Assembly (NCBI GenBank): GCA_963804645.1
Contig: CAWDRG010000020.1
Location: forward strand, 1 to 64,000
Direction: 5' to 3'
DNA length: 64,000 nt
DNA from: an uncultured Bacillota bacterium
GTDB lineage: Bacteria; Sysuimicrobiota; Sysuimicrobiia; Sysuimicrobiales; Segetimicrobiaceae
Shown here: positions 39,368 through 49,766 of the stretch, piece by piece
How the letters are laid out: each line of letters starts with the position of its first letter
How positions within the stretch are numbered: the stretch's first letter is position 1
Translations under genes and position numbers: made by a program
Notes under the pieces: model-generated
What the model was told of the DNA's origin: nothing
Database searches by the model: none
What the model saw: only the letters and a program-made list of their open reading frames with translations

Positions 39368-39820
39368 ATGGCAGTAAGTGAGCGCGACGTCCGGATAAAC
39401 GCCGTCCGCATTCTTCGGAGGGTGCGCATCAACTACCCGAGCCAAGCAGACGGCTCCGTGAGCCTGGTCACGCTGAATGGCGGGGAAGTCGTCAGCGATC
39501 CCGTGTTTGCGACCTGGTTGGCGACGCACGTCCCGCAGCACGTGGTCGCCGTTGAGGACTCGACCACCGTCACCTGTCGCCATTGCGGCGGCCTCTGTGA
39601 TCGCGTCGAGGACAAGGAACTGATCACCGTAGTGTTGCGAGACTCCAGCATCACGCTCGGCACGGCGGAAGACGCGGTCTCGACGCAATTTTATCGGTTC
39701 CGTGCGGGCGACGTGCTGTCTCACGTCGCGTTGATCGAAGGTGCGCGACAAGCCAGAATCCCGATCAGCATTGAGCGCGGCGTTCGGTGCCCGCATTGTC
39801 GAGGTGTTTTTACTAACTGA
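39368..39820 (+). CDS. Hypothetical protein with two CxxC motifs
   Basis: GGAG RBS; CRHC and CPHC; 150 aa. Confidence 0.65.
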   Translation: MAVSERDVRINAVRILRRVRINYPSQADGSVSLVTLNGGEVVSDPVFATWLATHVPQHVVAVEDSTTVTCRHCGGLCDRVEDKELITVVLRDSSITLGTAEDAVSTQFYRFRAGDVLSHVALIEGARQARIPISIERGVRCPHCRGVFTN

Positions 39821-39839
39821 AGGAGGAGGCGAGACGATC

Positions 39840-39971
39840 ATGGCAGGGGTTGGCGGTGTGCCGTTGGGAGATTTTTCCAAGGCCGAATACGAAAAGATCA
39901 AACAAGCCCAACTGCGCCAACTGAGGGCGGACTATCGCGCCGATGCGCGGGGCGAGGGGCGGGAACGATAA
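39840..39971 (+). CDS. Small hypothetical protein (43 aa)
   Basis: AGGAGGAGG RBS; MAGVGGVPLGDFSKAEYEKIKQAQLR... Confidence 0.55.
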   Translation: MAGVGGVPLGDFSKAEYEKIKQAQLRQLRADYRADARGEGRER

Positions 39972-39977
39972 CATCCA

Positions 39978-40028
39978 CCAGCTGCGCCGTCACCAGTCCA
40001 ACCGATCCTCCTGGCGGGACGCACGACA
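39978..40028. repeat. Imperfect 51-bp repeat, copy 2
   Basis: See 38934-38984. Confidence 0.7.
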
Positions 40029-40037
40029 CCTGTGAGA

Positions 40038-40514
40038 TCAGCGGCGCGGGCCCACAGCAAGGTGCCCTATCAATATCGATGACTCGTTCACCTGGATATC
40101 GCCCAAAAAGTCGAGTCCGCCCGACGCGCTGACGACGGCGACCTTGCTAACCGGCGCCGACTCTCTTGTCGTGCCGGACGCGGGCGTCACGCTCAACAAT
40201 CTCACGCTATAACTCAGCGTCACGGAGGTCCCAGGCTTGAGAGTCTTGACACCGATTGCGGTTATTTGATAATTGGCCGGGCCCTCTACGCGAACCGAGA
40301 ACGTTCCGTTCTCGCCTGTCGTGGCGCGTAGGATCTTGCCGCCCGGCTTTTTCGTGACAACAATATCGATACCCGCGACAGTAGCCGTGCCCATCACGGT
40401 GGGTGAGGCGGCGGGAGTGGACGACGAGGGTGAATTGGCAAGCGCCAATGATGGTAACACTTGGGTCGCCAGGAAGGCGGCGACGACGAAAATCGGAAAC
40501 AGACGGATAGTCAC
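40038..40514 (-). CDS. Hypothetical secreted beta-rich protein
   Basis: Signal peptide ending ALA; ATTGENGTFSV resembles carboxypeptidase-regulatory-like domains. Confidence 0.6.
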   Translation of the reverse strand: MTIRLFPIFVVAAFLATQVLPSLALANSPSSSTPAASPTVMGTATVAGIDIVVTKKPGGKILRATTGENGTFSVRVEGPANYQITAIGVKTLKPGTSVTLSYSVRLLSVTPASGTTRESAPVSKVAVVSASGGLDFLGDIQVNESSILIGHLAVGPRR

Positions 40515-40812
40515 GAACCAGGATTTCAATGTTGACCCCCGAGCACGGCTCAGCCGAAATGTCTGTTGTGGCTCTTTCGCCTTACTCTCAAGCGTAGTCC
40601 TAATGAGCGCCTTGCGTTGGAGTATTTCCACCCGGTTTCATCCAACCAATGCCCGGCAGGCCCTAAAACACCTGTCTGCGCGGTGGTGCTACCGGAACAC
40701 CCTCCGGGGAGCCGGGCCGTCTTCATCCACGCTGAGGCGGCCTGGTTCTTTTCTCATAATTCTGGCGGGACGTTGGACGAACGACCAAATTCCCGGTCGG
40801 GCCTCCGAAGCC

Positions 40813-41289
40813 CTACGTCCCCTGGGGGCGCACGTGCATGCCGTGGCGCCGGGCCAGGTCGGTGAATTCGTCCGCCGTCATCGGCCGGCGCTCGGCGCCC
40901 GGAGGCGCGCTGATGCCCCGAAACATCTCTTCGAGGCCGGGCGGGGTGATGATCCACAGCAGATGCAGTATCCCGTCGCCCGCGTTCACGACGCCGTGCC
41001 AGACCCCCTCGGGGACGAATACCGTCGTGCCCTCGGCGGCGGGCACTCGCTGGTCTTCGAGGATCAGCGTAGCCTGGCCGGCGTGGACGAAGAGGATTTC
41101 ATCCTGGCGCTCGTGCAGATGGACGGGGATCACGCTTCCGGGGCCGAGCCGCTGGTGGCCCATGGCCAGGCGCTGCGACCCGGTGTTCTTCGGGTCGACC
41201 ATGATCGTGACCGCCCCGCTCCGCGCGGGGGGACGAAGGTGCCGGACCTCACCGTCGTCCGGCCCGAACACGAACCATGATGGTGTCAT
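40813..41289 (-). CDS. Cupin domain protein
   Basis: PVHLHERQDE, VPEGVWHG; GGAGG RBS. Confidence 0.88.
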   Translation of the reverse strand: MTPSWFVFGPDDGEVRHLRPPARSGAVTIMVDPKNTGSQRLAMGHQRLGPGSVIPVHLHERQDEILFVHAGQATLILEDQRVPAAEGTTVFVPEGVWHGVVNAGDGILHLLWIITPPGLEEMFRGISAPPGAERRPMTADEFTDLARRHGMHVRPQGT

Positions 41290-41352
41290 CGATGACCTCC
41301 CGCTGCGGCCGCGGGCCGCGATCTCGACGCCAACTGCAGAGGAGAAGAGCCC

Positions 41353-41667
41353 ATGCCGACGCACGCTCGGTATCTCTACCTGGTCATGATGGATGTCGAG
41401 CCGGACAAGGAGGCCGAGTTCAACACAGTGTACGATACGGAACACATCCCGACCTTGCTCAAGGTGCCAGGCGTCCTGAGCGCGACCCGCGATCGGACGT
41501 CGGTGGCAGGAGTTCCGCGCTACGCGGCCCTCTACGAATTGACGGCCCCGGACGTGCCCGAGAGCGAGGCATTCCAGCGGGCCGCGGACAGCGGTGAGTG
41601 GCCGACGAAGATCAGGCCGCACACACGAAATCGCCGGCACATTCTGTACACGCGGATCGATCCGTAA
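41353..41667 (+). CDS. EthD-like dimeric alpha/beta barrel protein
   Basis: EFNTVYDTEHIP.LL.VPG, YAALYEL. Confidence 0.75.
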   Translation: MPTHARYLYLVMMDVEPDKEAEFNTVYDTEHIPTLLKVPGVLSATRDRTSVAGVPRYAALYELTAPDVPESEAFQRAADSGEWPTKIRPHTRNRRHILYTRIDP

Positions 41668-41800
41668 CCGGCGCGGTGTCTGTTCGCGCCGCGGGCGCAG
41701 GACCGGCGGCGGCGCGGCAGGCGGCGACGTGGCGTCGGCGAACAGCAGCCCGCGAGGATCGCGCGCGCGGGTCCGTCGAAGCGCGTCCGTCTGAGCCGCG

Positions 41801-42286
41801 ATGGAGGTGGTGACGACAGTGCCTGGTATGGGCCGAATCGAGAGTCGGCTGCACGACCTCGGGATCGTGCTCCCGGTGATCCCCAAGCCGATCGCCAACT
41901 ATGTCCCGGCGAAGCGCGTCGGCGGCGTAATCTACACCGCGGGACAAGTGTCCGCGTCCAAGGACCGCGAGTACAAGGGCAAACTTGGCGCGGATCTGAC
42001 GGTCGAACAGGGGCAAGAGGCGGCCCGCGCCTGCGCGATCAACTGCCTGGCCGCGCTGCGCACGCTGCTGGATTCGCTCGACCGCGTCACACAGATCGTC
42101 CACGTCGGCGGGTTCATCAATAGTGCGCCGGAGTTTCAGGGGCAGGCGGCGGTCATGAACGGCGCGTCCGATCTCTTCGTGGAGGTGTTCGCCGACGCGG
42201 GCACCCACACGCGAACCGCCGTGGGCGTGGCGGGGCTGCCGCTGGGCTACGCGGCGTCGGTCTACGTGATCGCCGCGGTGGACTAG
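41801..42286 (+). CDS. RidA/YjgF family protein
   Basis: ANYVP, AGQV, NGASDL, HTRTAVGV..LP; true start probably 41819 or 41828. Confidence 0.9.
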   Translation: MEVVTTVPGMGRIESRLHDLGIVLPVIPKPIANYVPAKRVGGVIYTAGQVSASKDREYKGKLGADLTVEQGQEAARACAINCLAALRTLLDSLDRVTQIVHVGGFINSAPEFQGQAAVMNGASDLFVEVFADAGTHTRTAVGVAGLPLGYAASVYVIAAVD

Positions 42287-42343
42287 GCCGACGTGGGGCC
42301 GGGCGAGCCCGGGCCGCCACGCCGGCGTGCCGCAGCCGTCCGC

Positions 42344-43972
42344 TTACTTCGTGATGTACGCGTCGCTCAGCGCGGGATACGTCGAGTAGTTGTAGCGGAC
42401 GTCCTGCACGTTCGAGCGGCGCACCCACACCGACAGCTCGTCCATCATCGGCATCGCGACGGCCTGGTCCAGCAGCATATGATCGAGTTGCACGTAGATC
42501 GCCTGGCGCTTCGCTGGGTCCAGCGTGCTGCGTCCTTCGGCGAGCAGCCGGTCGGCCTCGGAGTTCGAGTAGCACGACCAGTTGAAGTTCGAGCCGATGT
42601 TGGCCGTGGCGAACAGCGCGTACAGCGTGTCGCTGTCGTTGGTCCGGAGGAAGATGGTCCCCGCGTGGTCGAGGCATCGGAAGTTGTCGTCCGCGAACCC
42701 GCCGATCGACTGGCTCTTGATCTGGAGGTTGATCCCGAGATCGGCGAGCTGGCCCTGCACCGGCTGGACGTCGGGAAGGTCGCCGCCGCCGCTGTTGAGC
42801 GAGTTGAAGACGAGCGTCAGCGGGCGGCCGTCCTTGACGCGCACGTGGTTGGGGCCCATCTTCCAGCCGGCCTCCTCGAGCAGCTGCGCGGCCTTGGCGG
42901 GGTTGTACGGATAGTAGGAGCAGGCGGCCGGGTCCGACAGCAGCACCTGGCTGACGATGCCGCACGCGGGGGAGCCGAGGCCGCGGTAGATCGCGCTGAT
43001 GATCGCGCGGCGGTTGATGCCGTAGATGACCGCCTGGCGCACCCGCACGTCGTCCATCGGGGGGGCCTTGACGTTGAACAGCCACAGATACGCCGAGCCC
43101 GGGAACGGCCGCGTGTCCTCCACGAGCTGCGGGTCTTTCCGGAGCTGCGCCAGGATCGCGCCGCCGCCGGCGCCGTACCCGAGGACGTAGACCATCTGCG
43201 TCTCGCCCGACTGGACGGTCACCGCACGGGTCCCGGGCTCAGGCACGATCTTAAAGACGACGCGATCCAGGTAGGGCGGCCCCTGGTGATCGCTCCACGG
43301 CGCCTTTCGGTTGTAGTCGGGATTGCGGACGAACGTGACGTGATCGTTCGTGACGTAGTCGGACACCATGAACGGACCGCTGCCGACCGCGCCGTGGGCG
43401 ACGGCCGCGACCGACTGCGTGGGCGTCGTCTTCGGCGACAGCATCCCGAGCACGCCGCCCGCCGCGTACGGCAGAAATGGCGCGTACGGATCTTTGAAGT
43501 GCACCTCGACGGTCCGATTGTCCACGACCGTGGTGCCGGTGTAGCCGACCAGCGCCGTGATCGCGCCGCCGGGGTGGAAGTTCGGGCTGACGATCCGGTC
43601 GAGGTTCCACTTCACCGTGTTCGCGTCGAACGGCGCGCCGTCGGTGAAGCGCACGTCCTGCCTCAGCACGAAGGTGAACGTCCGCCCGTCGGGAGACGCG
43701 CGGTAGCTGGACGCCAGCCACGGCACGATCTTCCCGTCCGGCTGCTGGTACACGAGGCTCTCGATGAGGTTCAGGCTCCCGACGAGATACGTGTTGGCGT
43801 AGGCCGACGCGTGGGGATCGAGCGTGATCGGGTCCGCGGTGATCCCCAGGGTCAGCGTGCCGCCGGGCACCGGCGCGGCGACGACCGCCGTCGCGAGCAG
43901 GAGCAGCGCCGCGCCGACGACCGCGGCGCACCACCGACTGGCTCGAGCACCCGAGCGCGTGACGTGTGTCAT
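42344..43972 (-). CDS. Orphan ABC substrate-binding protein (family 5)
   Basis: Signal peptide; TLDPH, PWLA, FTDG, GSGPF, VRQAVIYGINR. Confidence 0.92.
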   Translation of the reverse strand: MTHVTRSGARASRWCAAVVGAALLLLATAVVAAPVPGGTLTLGITADPITLDPHASAYANTYLVGSLNLIESLVYQQPDGKIVPWLASSYRASPDGRTFTFVLRQDVRFTDGAPFDANTVKWNLDRIVSPNFHPGGAITALVGYTGTTVVDNRTVEVHFKDPYAPFLPYAAGGVLGMLSPKTTPTQSVAAVAHGAVGSGPFMVSDYVTNDHVTFVRNPDYNRKAPWSDHQGPPYLDRVVFKIVPEPGTRAVTVQSGETQMVYVLGYGAGGGAILAQLRKDPQLVEDTRPFPGSAYLWLFNVKAPPMDDVRVRQAVIYGINRRAIISAIYRGLGSPACGIVSQVLLSDPAACSYYPYNPAKAAQLLEEAGWKMGPNHVRVKDGRPLTLVFNSLNSGGGDLPDVQPVQGQLADLGINLQIKSQSIGGFADDNFRCLDHAGTIFLRTNDSDTLYALFATANIGSNFNWSCYSNSEADRLLAEGRSTLDPAKRQAIYVQLDHMLLDQAVAMPMMDELSVWVRRSNVQDVRYNYSTYPALSDAYITK

Positions 43973-45219
43973 GACACCATACCTCCCGGGATACCGTCGT
44001 GTGCTTGGGCCGTGGTTCGATACGGGTCGGCGCGCGTCCCGCCTCGCGCGGGCGCGTCCACATACGAGCGGTCGAGTGCGGCCGTGGATTGGCAGCCGAT
44101 CAGTTTGAGGGTTCGCTCCAAGTCCTCGCGGAGGATCTCGATCGCGCGGGCGACGCCCGCCTCCCCGGCGGCGGCCAAACCGTAGGCGTAGGCGCGGCCG
44201 ATCAGGACGGCGCGCGCGCCCAGACACAGCGCTTTGATGATGTCGCTGCCGCGCCGGATGCCGCTGTCCAGCAGCACCTCGACCTGCCCGTGCACCGCGG
44301 TCACGATCTCAGGCAGCACGTCCAGCGTCGCCGCCACGCTGTCGAGCTGCCGGCCGCCGTGATTCGAGACGACGATGGCGACCGCTCCTTCGTCGACCGC
44401 GCGACGCGCATCGTCCCCCGTGAGCACGCCCTTGATGATGATCGGACCGCGCCAGACGCCGCGGATCCATCGGAGGTCCTGCCACGAGAATACCGCGCGA
44501 GACATCGACCCGCGCGTGTCGGCGAGCGTGAATCCACCTTGGCCCGGCACGACGATGTTCGGCAGCGCCTGGAGGCCGCCGTCGCGCAGGAATCCCGCGA
44601 GCCATGCGGGATGCGCGAGCAGCTGCGGGAGAAACGGCGTCTTGGCGAGCAGGCCGCCGTTGAGCAGCTCCTGCGTCCCGTTGCGGGCATCCCGCTCGCG
44701 CATGCCGACCACCGGGGTATCGACGGTAATCACCAGCATCGAGTAGCCGGCCACGCGCGCCCGTTCGATGGCGCCTTCGGCCGCTTCTCGCCCGCCGATC
44801 AGGTAGAGTTGATACCAGGCCGGTCCGGAGGTCGCGGCTTTGACCTCCTCCAGGCTGTGCCCCGAGACCGTCGAGAGGATAGAGATCGTCCCGGCCGCCC
44901 CGGCCGCGCGCGCCGCGGCGATCTCGCCGCCGGGATGCATCATGCGGCAGTACCCCACCGGCGCGAGTAGGGCGGGCAGCGACAGGTCGAAGCCCAGCAG
45001 ACGGGTGCGGAGATCCGGGCGAGGCACCTCCACGGCCTGGCGCGGCCGGAACGTGACCGCGTCGAACGCGCGGCGGTTCGCCGTCAGCGTCACTTCGCCT
45101 TCCGCGGCCCCGTCGAGATAGTCGAACACGATCCTCGGGAGCCTGCGCCGCGCCAGCGTCCGCAGATCCGCGATGCTGACGGCGCGGGGAGATGCGACGG
45201 CACGCGATGCCCTGGTCAT
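43969..45219 (-). CDS. FMN-dependent alpha-hydroxy acid oxidase/dehydrogenase
   Basis: FDYLDG, WYQLY, TVD, SNHGGRQLD, DSGIRRG. Confidence 0.95.
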   Translation of the reverse strand: MTRASRAVASPRAVSIADLRTLARRRLPRIVFDYLDGAAEGEVTLTANRRAFDAVTFRPRQAVEVPRPDLRTRLLGFDLSLPALLAPVGYCRMMHPGGEIAAARAAGAAGTISILSTVSGHSLEEVKAATSGPAWYQLYLIGGREAAEGAIERARVAGYSMLVITVDTPVVGMRERDARNGTQELLNGGLLAKTPFLPQLLAHPAWLAGFLRDGGLQALPNIVVPGQGGFTLADTRGSMSRAVFSWQDLRWIRGVWRGPIIIKGVLTGDDARRAVDEGAVAIVVSNHGGRQLDSVAATLDVLPEIVTAVHGQVEVLLDSGIRRGSDIIKALCLGARAVLIGRAYAYGLAAAGEAGVARAIEILREDLERTLKLIGCQSTAALDRSYVDAPARGGTRADPYRTTAQAHDGIPGGMVS

Positions 45220-45398
45220 CTGCCCTCCGAAGCCGGCTGGACGAGCGTCTCGACGGCTTGCGTCACGGTGTTCGTTCGCCGCCGCCCGGCGAGCCCCTGG
45301 TTGGATGCGGCCGAGCGGGCGCGTGCGCGTCACCGGCGGACACGGTACACTCAAGGGGCACGGACGGAGCGAACGAACCGGAGGGAGGGAACAGAACG

Positions 45399-45908
45399 AT
45401 GGACGTCTTCGAGGCCGTGCGCACCGTGCTCGCGGTGCGCGCGTATCAAGATCGGCCGGTCCCGGCGGAGGTGGTGCGGCGGATCGTCGAGGCCGGGCGG
45501 CTCACGGGGAGCAGCCAGAACGGCCAGCCCTGGCATTTCATCGTCGTGGAGCACCGCGACACGCTGCGCCAGCTGGGTGCGCTGGTGCGCAGCGGGCGGT
45601 ACACCGCTGAGGCGCCGCTCGCCGTGGTGGTGGCGATCGAGCCGACGCGGTTCGCGGTCTCGGACGCCAGCCGGGCCATTCAATCGATGGTGCTGACGGC
45701 CTGGTCGGAGGGGATCGGATCGAACTGGGTTGGGTTCCAGGGGAACTTGACGGAGATCAAGTCGCTCCTGGGCATCCCCGAGGCCATCGACGTCCTGGCG
45801 ATTCTTCCGTTTGGTTATCCCGCGCAGCCCCTCGGCCGCGGGAAGAAGCGGCGCAAGCCGCTGGCGGAGGTCGCCCACCGCGAGCGCTTCGGACAGCCCT
45901 TTGCGTGA
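45399..45908 (+). CDS. Nitroreductase family protein
   Basis: VRAY, SSQNGQPWHF, GIGSNWVG, FGYP. Confidence 0.92.
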   Translation: MDVFEAVRTVLAVRAYQDRPVPAEVVRRIVEAGRLTGSSQNGQPWHFIVVEHRDTLRQLGALVRSGRYTAEAPLAVVVAIEPTRFAVSDASRAIQSMVLTAWSEGIGSNWVGFQGNLTEIKSLLGIPEAIDVLAILPFGYPAQPLGRGKKRRKPLAEVAHRERFGQPFA

Positions 45909-46446
45909 CGAGTATTTCCTGAGGACCGCCCGCCTGGGGTTCCGGTGCTGGACCGCCGACGATCTACCGCTCGCGCTTGCCCTGTGGGGCGATCCCGCCG
46001 TGACCCGGCTCATCGGCGGTCCGTTCTCAGGCGCGCAGATCTGGGAGCGGCTGCAGGCGGAGATCGCGGCGATGGCCGCGCATCGCGTACAGTACTGGCC
46101 GATCTTCCTGCTGAGCGGCGGGGCGCACGTCGGGTGCTGCGGGCTGCGGGTCTACGATCTGAGCGAGGAGATCTACGAGCTCGGATTCCACCTTCGGGCG
46201 CCCTACTGGGGACAGCGGTTCGCCGTGGAGGCCGGCCGGGCCGTCATCGAGTTCGCGTTTACGGGGCTGCGCGCGCGCGGTCTCTTTGCCGGACATCATC
46301 CGGCCAACACCGCGTCGCGGGTGGTGCTGGAGCGGCTCGGGTTTCGTCTGACCCACGAGGAGTTCTACGCGCCGACGGGTCTCACGCATCCGTCGTACCG
46401 GCTGACGCCGCCGTCCGGCGCCGCAAAGACGCGTTCGTCGGGGTGA
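45901..46446 (+). CDS. GNAT N-acetyltransferase (RimJ/RimL type)
   Basis: LRTARL, VGCCGL, YWGQRFAVE, N.AS..VLERLGF. Confidence 0.9.
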   Translation: MRDEYFLRTARLGFRCWTADDLPLALALWGDPAVTRLIGGPFSGAQIWERLQAEIAAMAAHRVQYWPIFLLSGGAHVGCCGLRVYDLSEEIYELGFHLRAPYWGQRFAVEAGRAVIEFAFTGLRARGLFAGHHPANTASRVVLERLGFRLTHEEFYAPTGLTHPSYRLTPPSGAAKTRSSG

Positions 46447-46535
46447 CTCGGTGCGCGTCACGCGCGCGGCGGGAGGCCCCCGCGGAGGGCGTCCCGCTCA
46501 TGCGCGCGACGTTCGACGCGGCGTGGGACCCGCGA

Positions 46536-46847
46536 TCACCTCCAGCGTCCTTCGACCCAGACCCAGCCGCCGCCGCGGATCATCCAGGCGCCGCCGACCC
46601 ACACGGCCCCGGGATGGGGGCGCTTGGTCCAGTATCCGTGCTCCCACACCCATCGGCCCCGCCAGTCCCAGTGTCCGGCGATCCACGTCCACTCGGGCCC
46701 CGGCGCGGGGGAAGCCGTTTCCACGATGACGGCCGGCGGCGCGGACGGCGCGATGATGAGGGCAAACGCCGATGCGTTCGTCGCTCCGATCAGCGCACCG
46801 CCGGCGAGCGCCAGCGCGAGGGCGAGTGCGAGGTATCCCTGTTTCAC
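46536..46847 (-). CDS. YXWGXW/WxxGxW repeat secreted protein
   Basis: Signal peptide; WIAGHW, WEHGYW, WVGGAW, WVEGRW; AGGAGG RBS. Confidence 0.88.
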   Translation of the reverse strand: MKQGYLALALALALAGGALIGATNASAFALIIAPSAPPAVIVETASPAPGPEWTWIAGHWDWRGRWVWEHGYWTKRPHPGAVWVGGAWMIRGGGWVWVEGRWR

Positions 46848-47069
46848 AGCGTGTCCTCCTTTCCGGCGGCGCCCGCGCTGATCCCGCGGATGCGCGCCGA
46901 GGGATGTCTGTCGCCTCTTCAAGCGACGCGCGGGTCCGTGGAGTTCCCGCGGGAGCGACCGCGGGAGAGGGGCGGATGCATGGATCGACGAACGACACCG
47001 GCGCCCCGCGCGTGCATCGCGGCCCCGACGCGGGGCGGCGGCCGTGCGGCCCGAGATGGAGGCGGCTCA

Positions 47070-47732
47070 GTGAGCGAGCGGGTGCTCCTGTCTTGGAGCG
47101 GCGGGAAAGATAGCAGCCTCACGTTGGCCGAGTTGCTCGCCGACCCGACGCGGTCGGTCGCGGCGCTGCTGACCACCGTTACCGAAGGGTACGACCGGAT
47201 CAGCATGCACGGCGTGCGGCGTACGCTGCTGCTGCAGCAGGCCGACGCACTCGGGCTTCCCCTGAACGTGGTCACGATTCCACAGCGTGCCACCAACGCG
47301 GTGTACGAGTCCGCGATGGAGGCCGCGTTTGACCGGTTTCGCGCGGAGGGAGTCACGACCGTTGCGTTCGGCGATCTGTTTCTGGCCGACGTGCGCGGCT
47401 ACCGGGAAGCCTGGCTGGCCCGGGTGGGGATGACGCCGATCTTTCCGATCTGGGACCGGGACACGCGCGAGCTCGCGCGGGGATTCATCGATCGGGGATT
47501 CCGGGCGATTCTGACCTGCGTCGATACCCGCGTCCTCGACGCGTCGTTCGCCGGCCGGCCGTTCGATCGGGCGCTGCTGGCCGACCTGCCAGAGACCGTC
47601 GATCCGTGCGGCGAAAACGGTGAGTTTCACACGTTTGTCGTCGACGGACCGATGTTCCGCCGGAGTGTGCCCGTCGTCCTGGGACCGGCCGTGCAGCGCG
47701 AGTCCTGGTGCTTCCGCGATTTGCTACCGTGA
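47070..47732 (+). CDS. Diphthamide-synthase-like PP-loop ATP-binding protein
   Basis: SWSGGKDS, SMHGVR, FGDLFL, DPCGENGEFHTFV. Confidence 0.92.
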   Translation: MSERVLLSWSGGKDSSLTLAELLADPTRSVAALLTTVTEGYDRISMHGVRRTLLLQQADALGLPLNVVTIPQRATNAVYESAMEAAFDRFRAEGVTTVAFGDLFLADVRGYREAWLARVGMTPIFPIWDRDTRELARGFIDRGFRAILTCVDTRVLDASFAGRPFDRALLADLPETVDPCGENGEFHTFVVDGPMFRRSVPVVLGPAVQRESWCFRDLLP

Positions 47733-48976
47733 GCGCGACCATCCTCCCGAGTGCCGAAGAATCGCCAGGCACTGGGTCGACGCCGGCCGCGGGGCCGGGA
47801 CCGCGCCGGGGCGGCGCAGGGTTCACGCTGCTGCTCGGGGCCCTGACCGCGTTCGGACCGATGTCGATCGACATGTACCTGCCCGCGCTGCCCGCGATCG
47901 CCGACAGTCTGCACTCGAGCGCGGGCGGCGCGCAGCTGACGCTGAGCGCGTTTTTCGTCGGGTTCGGCGGCGGGCAGCTGGTGTACGGTCCGATCTCCGA
48001 CCGGTGGGGCCGGAGGCTGCCGATGCTTGGCGGCATCGTCCTCTATATCGTCGCCAGCTCCCTGTGCGCGGCCGCATCCGGGGTGGGCGCGCTGACGGCG
48101 TTCCGGCTGCTGCAGGGGCTCGGCGCGTGCTCCGGGCCGTTGATCGCGCGGGCGATGGTCCGAGATCTGTACGATCGCGACCGCGGCGCGTCGATGCTGT
48201 CGCTCATGGTGCTGATCATGGGCGCGGCCCCGCTGCTGGCGCCGCTGTTGGGCGGTCAGCTCCTTCTCGTGGCCGGCTGGCGGTCGATCTTCGCCGCGCA
48301 GACCGGCTTCGGGCTGTTGTGCCTGCTCGGCGGATGGGTCGGCGGCTTCGAGACGCTGGAGATCGCGAAGCGGTCGGGGGCCGGCGCGGGCGAGATGCTC
48401 GCGCGCTACCGCGCGCTGCTGACCGACCGCGCCTATCTCGGGTACACGATCAGCTGCGGGGCGGCATTCTCGGGGATGTTCGCCTATTTCGCCGGCTCGC
48501 CGTTCGTGTTCATTCAGCTCTATCGGGTGCCGCCCCAGCACTATGGATTTCTGTTCGCGGTGAACGTGGTCGGGCTGATGGCCGGTGCGGCGCTGAACAG
48601 CGGGCTGGTCCTCCGCTACGGCACCGACCGGCTGCTGCGGTACGGAGTCTACGCGGTCGCGGCGGCGGGCGGGGTGCTGCTCGTCACGGCCATCACCGGC
48701 GCGGGCGGGTTGGCGGGGCTGGTCATCCCGCTCGCCGTGTACATCTCGTCCCTGAGCTTCGTGGGCGCCAACGCGATGGCGGGGGCGTTGAGCCGGTTTC
48801 GCCACGTGGCGGGCACCGCCTCGGCGCTCGCCGGCACGATCCAGTTTACCCTCGCCGCGCTGGCCGGCCTGGCCGTCGGCGCGCTGAATACCGGGACCGC
48901 GCTGCCCATGGCGGCGGTGATCGCGGCGGCCGGCGTGGTCAGCCTCGCGACGCACCGCGCGCTCGTGCGCGCCTGA
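47729..48976 (+). CDS. Bcr/CflA family MFS efflux transporter
   Basis: SIDMYLPALP, GPISDRWGRR; about 12 TM. Confidence 0.93.
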   Translation: MSATILPSAEESPGTGSTPAAGPGPRRGGAGFTLLLGALTAFGPMSIDMYLPALPAIADSLHSSAGGAQLTLSAFFVGFGGGQLVYGPISDRWGRRLPMLGGIVLYIVASSLCAAASGVGALTAFRLLQGLGACSGPLIARAMVRDLYDRDRGASMLSLMVLIMGAAPLLAPLLGGQLLLVAGWRSIFAAQTGFGLLCLLGGWVGGFETLEIAKRSGAGAGEMLARYRALLTDRAYLGYTISCGAAFSGMFAYFAGSPFVFIQLYRVPPQHYGFLFAVNVVGLMAGAALNSGLVLRYGTDRLLRYGVYAVAAAGGVLLVTAITGAGGLAGLVIPLAVYISSLSFVGANAMAGALSRFRHVAGTASALAGTIQFTLAALAGLAVGALNTGTALPMAAVIAAAGVVSLATHRALVRA

Positions 48977-49076
48977 GGCCGTGCATCCGGTGGGACGTCG
49001 TGCGATCGTTGAGGAACGAGCGGATCCGAGGCTGGGGTTGGGGCGCCGGTGACGCCAGGTCAGGTCGCGGTACGTG

Positions 49077-49766
49077 TTACCGCCCGATTGACGCGCACTC
49101 GCTGCAGCATCCTACGCGGCCGCTGCGGGCCGCACCGAAGGCCTCGCGCGTCTCCGGGACGAGCCAGTACAGGAAGCCGAGCGCGGCGAGGGGCTCCGCC
49201 CACCACCACCCGAGCATGAGATGCAGGCCGAGTCCCGCCAGCAGCGCTCCCGCCATGGCCGCGCACGTGAGCGAGCAGGCGGCGTCGCCCCGGAGCGCGG
49301 CGCTGTCAATCCGCGAGGCGACGCGGCGCTTCGCTCTGGCCAGGAAGGGCATGCCGATCACCGCGGCGATCGCGATGACGAGGCCGGGGAGCGATCCATC
49401 CGGTTTCGCGCCCGTGAGCAGCGTCCACGCCGCCATCGCGACGATGTAGACGCAGAGCAGGGCGAGCGATCCTGAGACGATCCACGCCGCGGCGCGCTCG
49501 GCACGCTCGACGCGGTCGAGCCGGCCGCCGGCCGCGTCGACCGAGAGCCGCCACAAGAGCACGCCCCCGCTCACGAGTTCAATGACGCTGTCCAGGCCGA
49601 ACGCGGTCAGGAGCCCGCTGCGGGCGGCGACCCCTGCCCACAGCGCGACCACGGCCTCGACCACCATCCAGACGATCGTGAGCTGCTCGAGGCGCACGCC
49701 GGCCCGCACCGCCGCGATGCGCGAGTCGGTAGGGGCGTGCGGCAGAACGATCAGAGGGGTATGCAC
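49077..49766 (-). CDS. Cation efflux (CDF-like) membrane protein
   Basis: AFGLDSVIE, SAALRGDA; C-terminal CCSEC. Confidence 0.85.
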   Translation of the reverse strand: MHTPLIVLPHAPTDSRIAAVRAGVRLEQLTIVWMVVEAVVALWAGVAARSGLLTAFGLDSVIELVSGGVLLWRLSVDAAGGRLDRVERAERAAAWIVSGSLALLCVYIVAMAAWTLLTGAKPDGSLPGLVIAIAAVIGMPFLARAKRRVASRIDSAALRGDAACSLTCAAMAGALLAGLGLHLMLGWWWAEPLAALGFLYWLVPETREAFGAARSGRVGCCSECASIGR

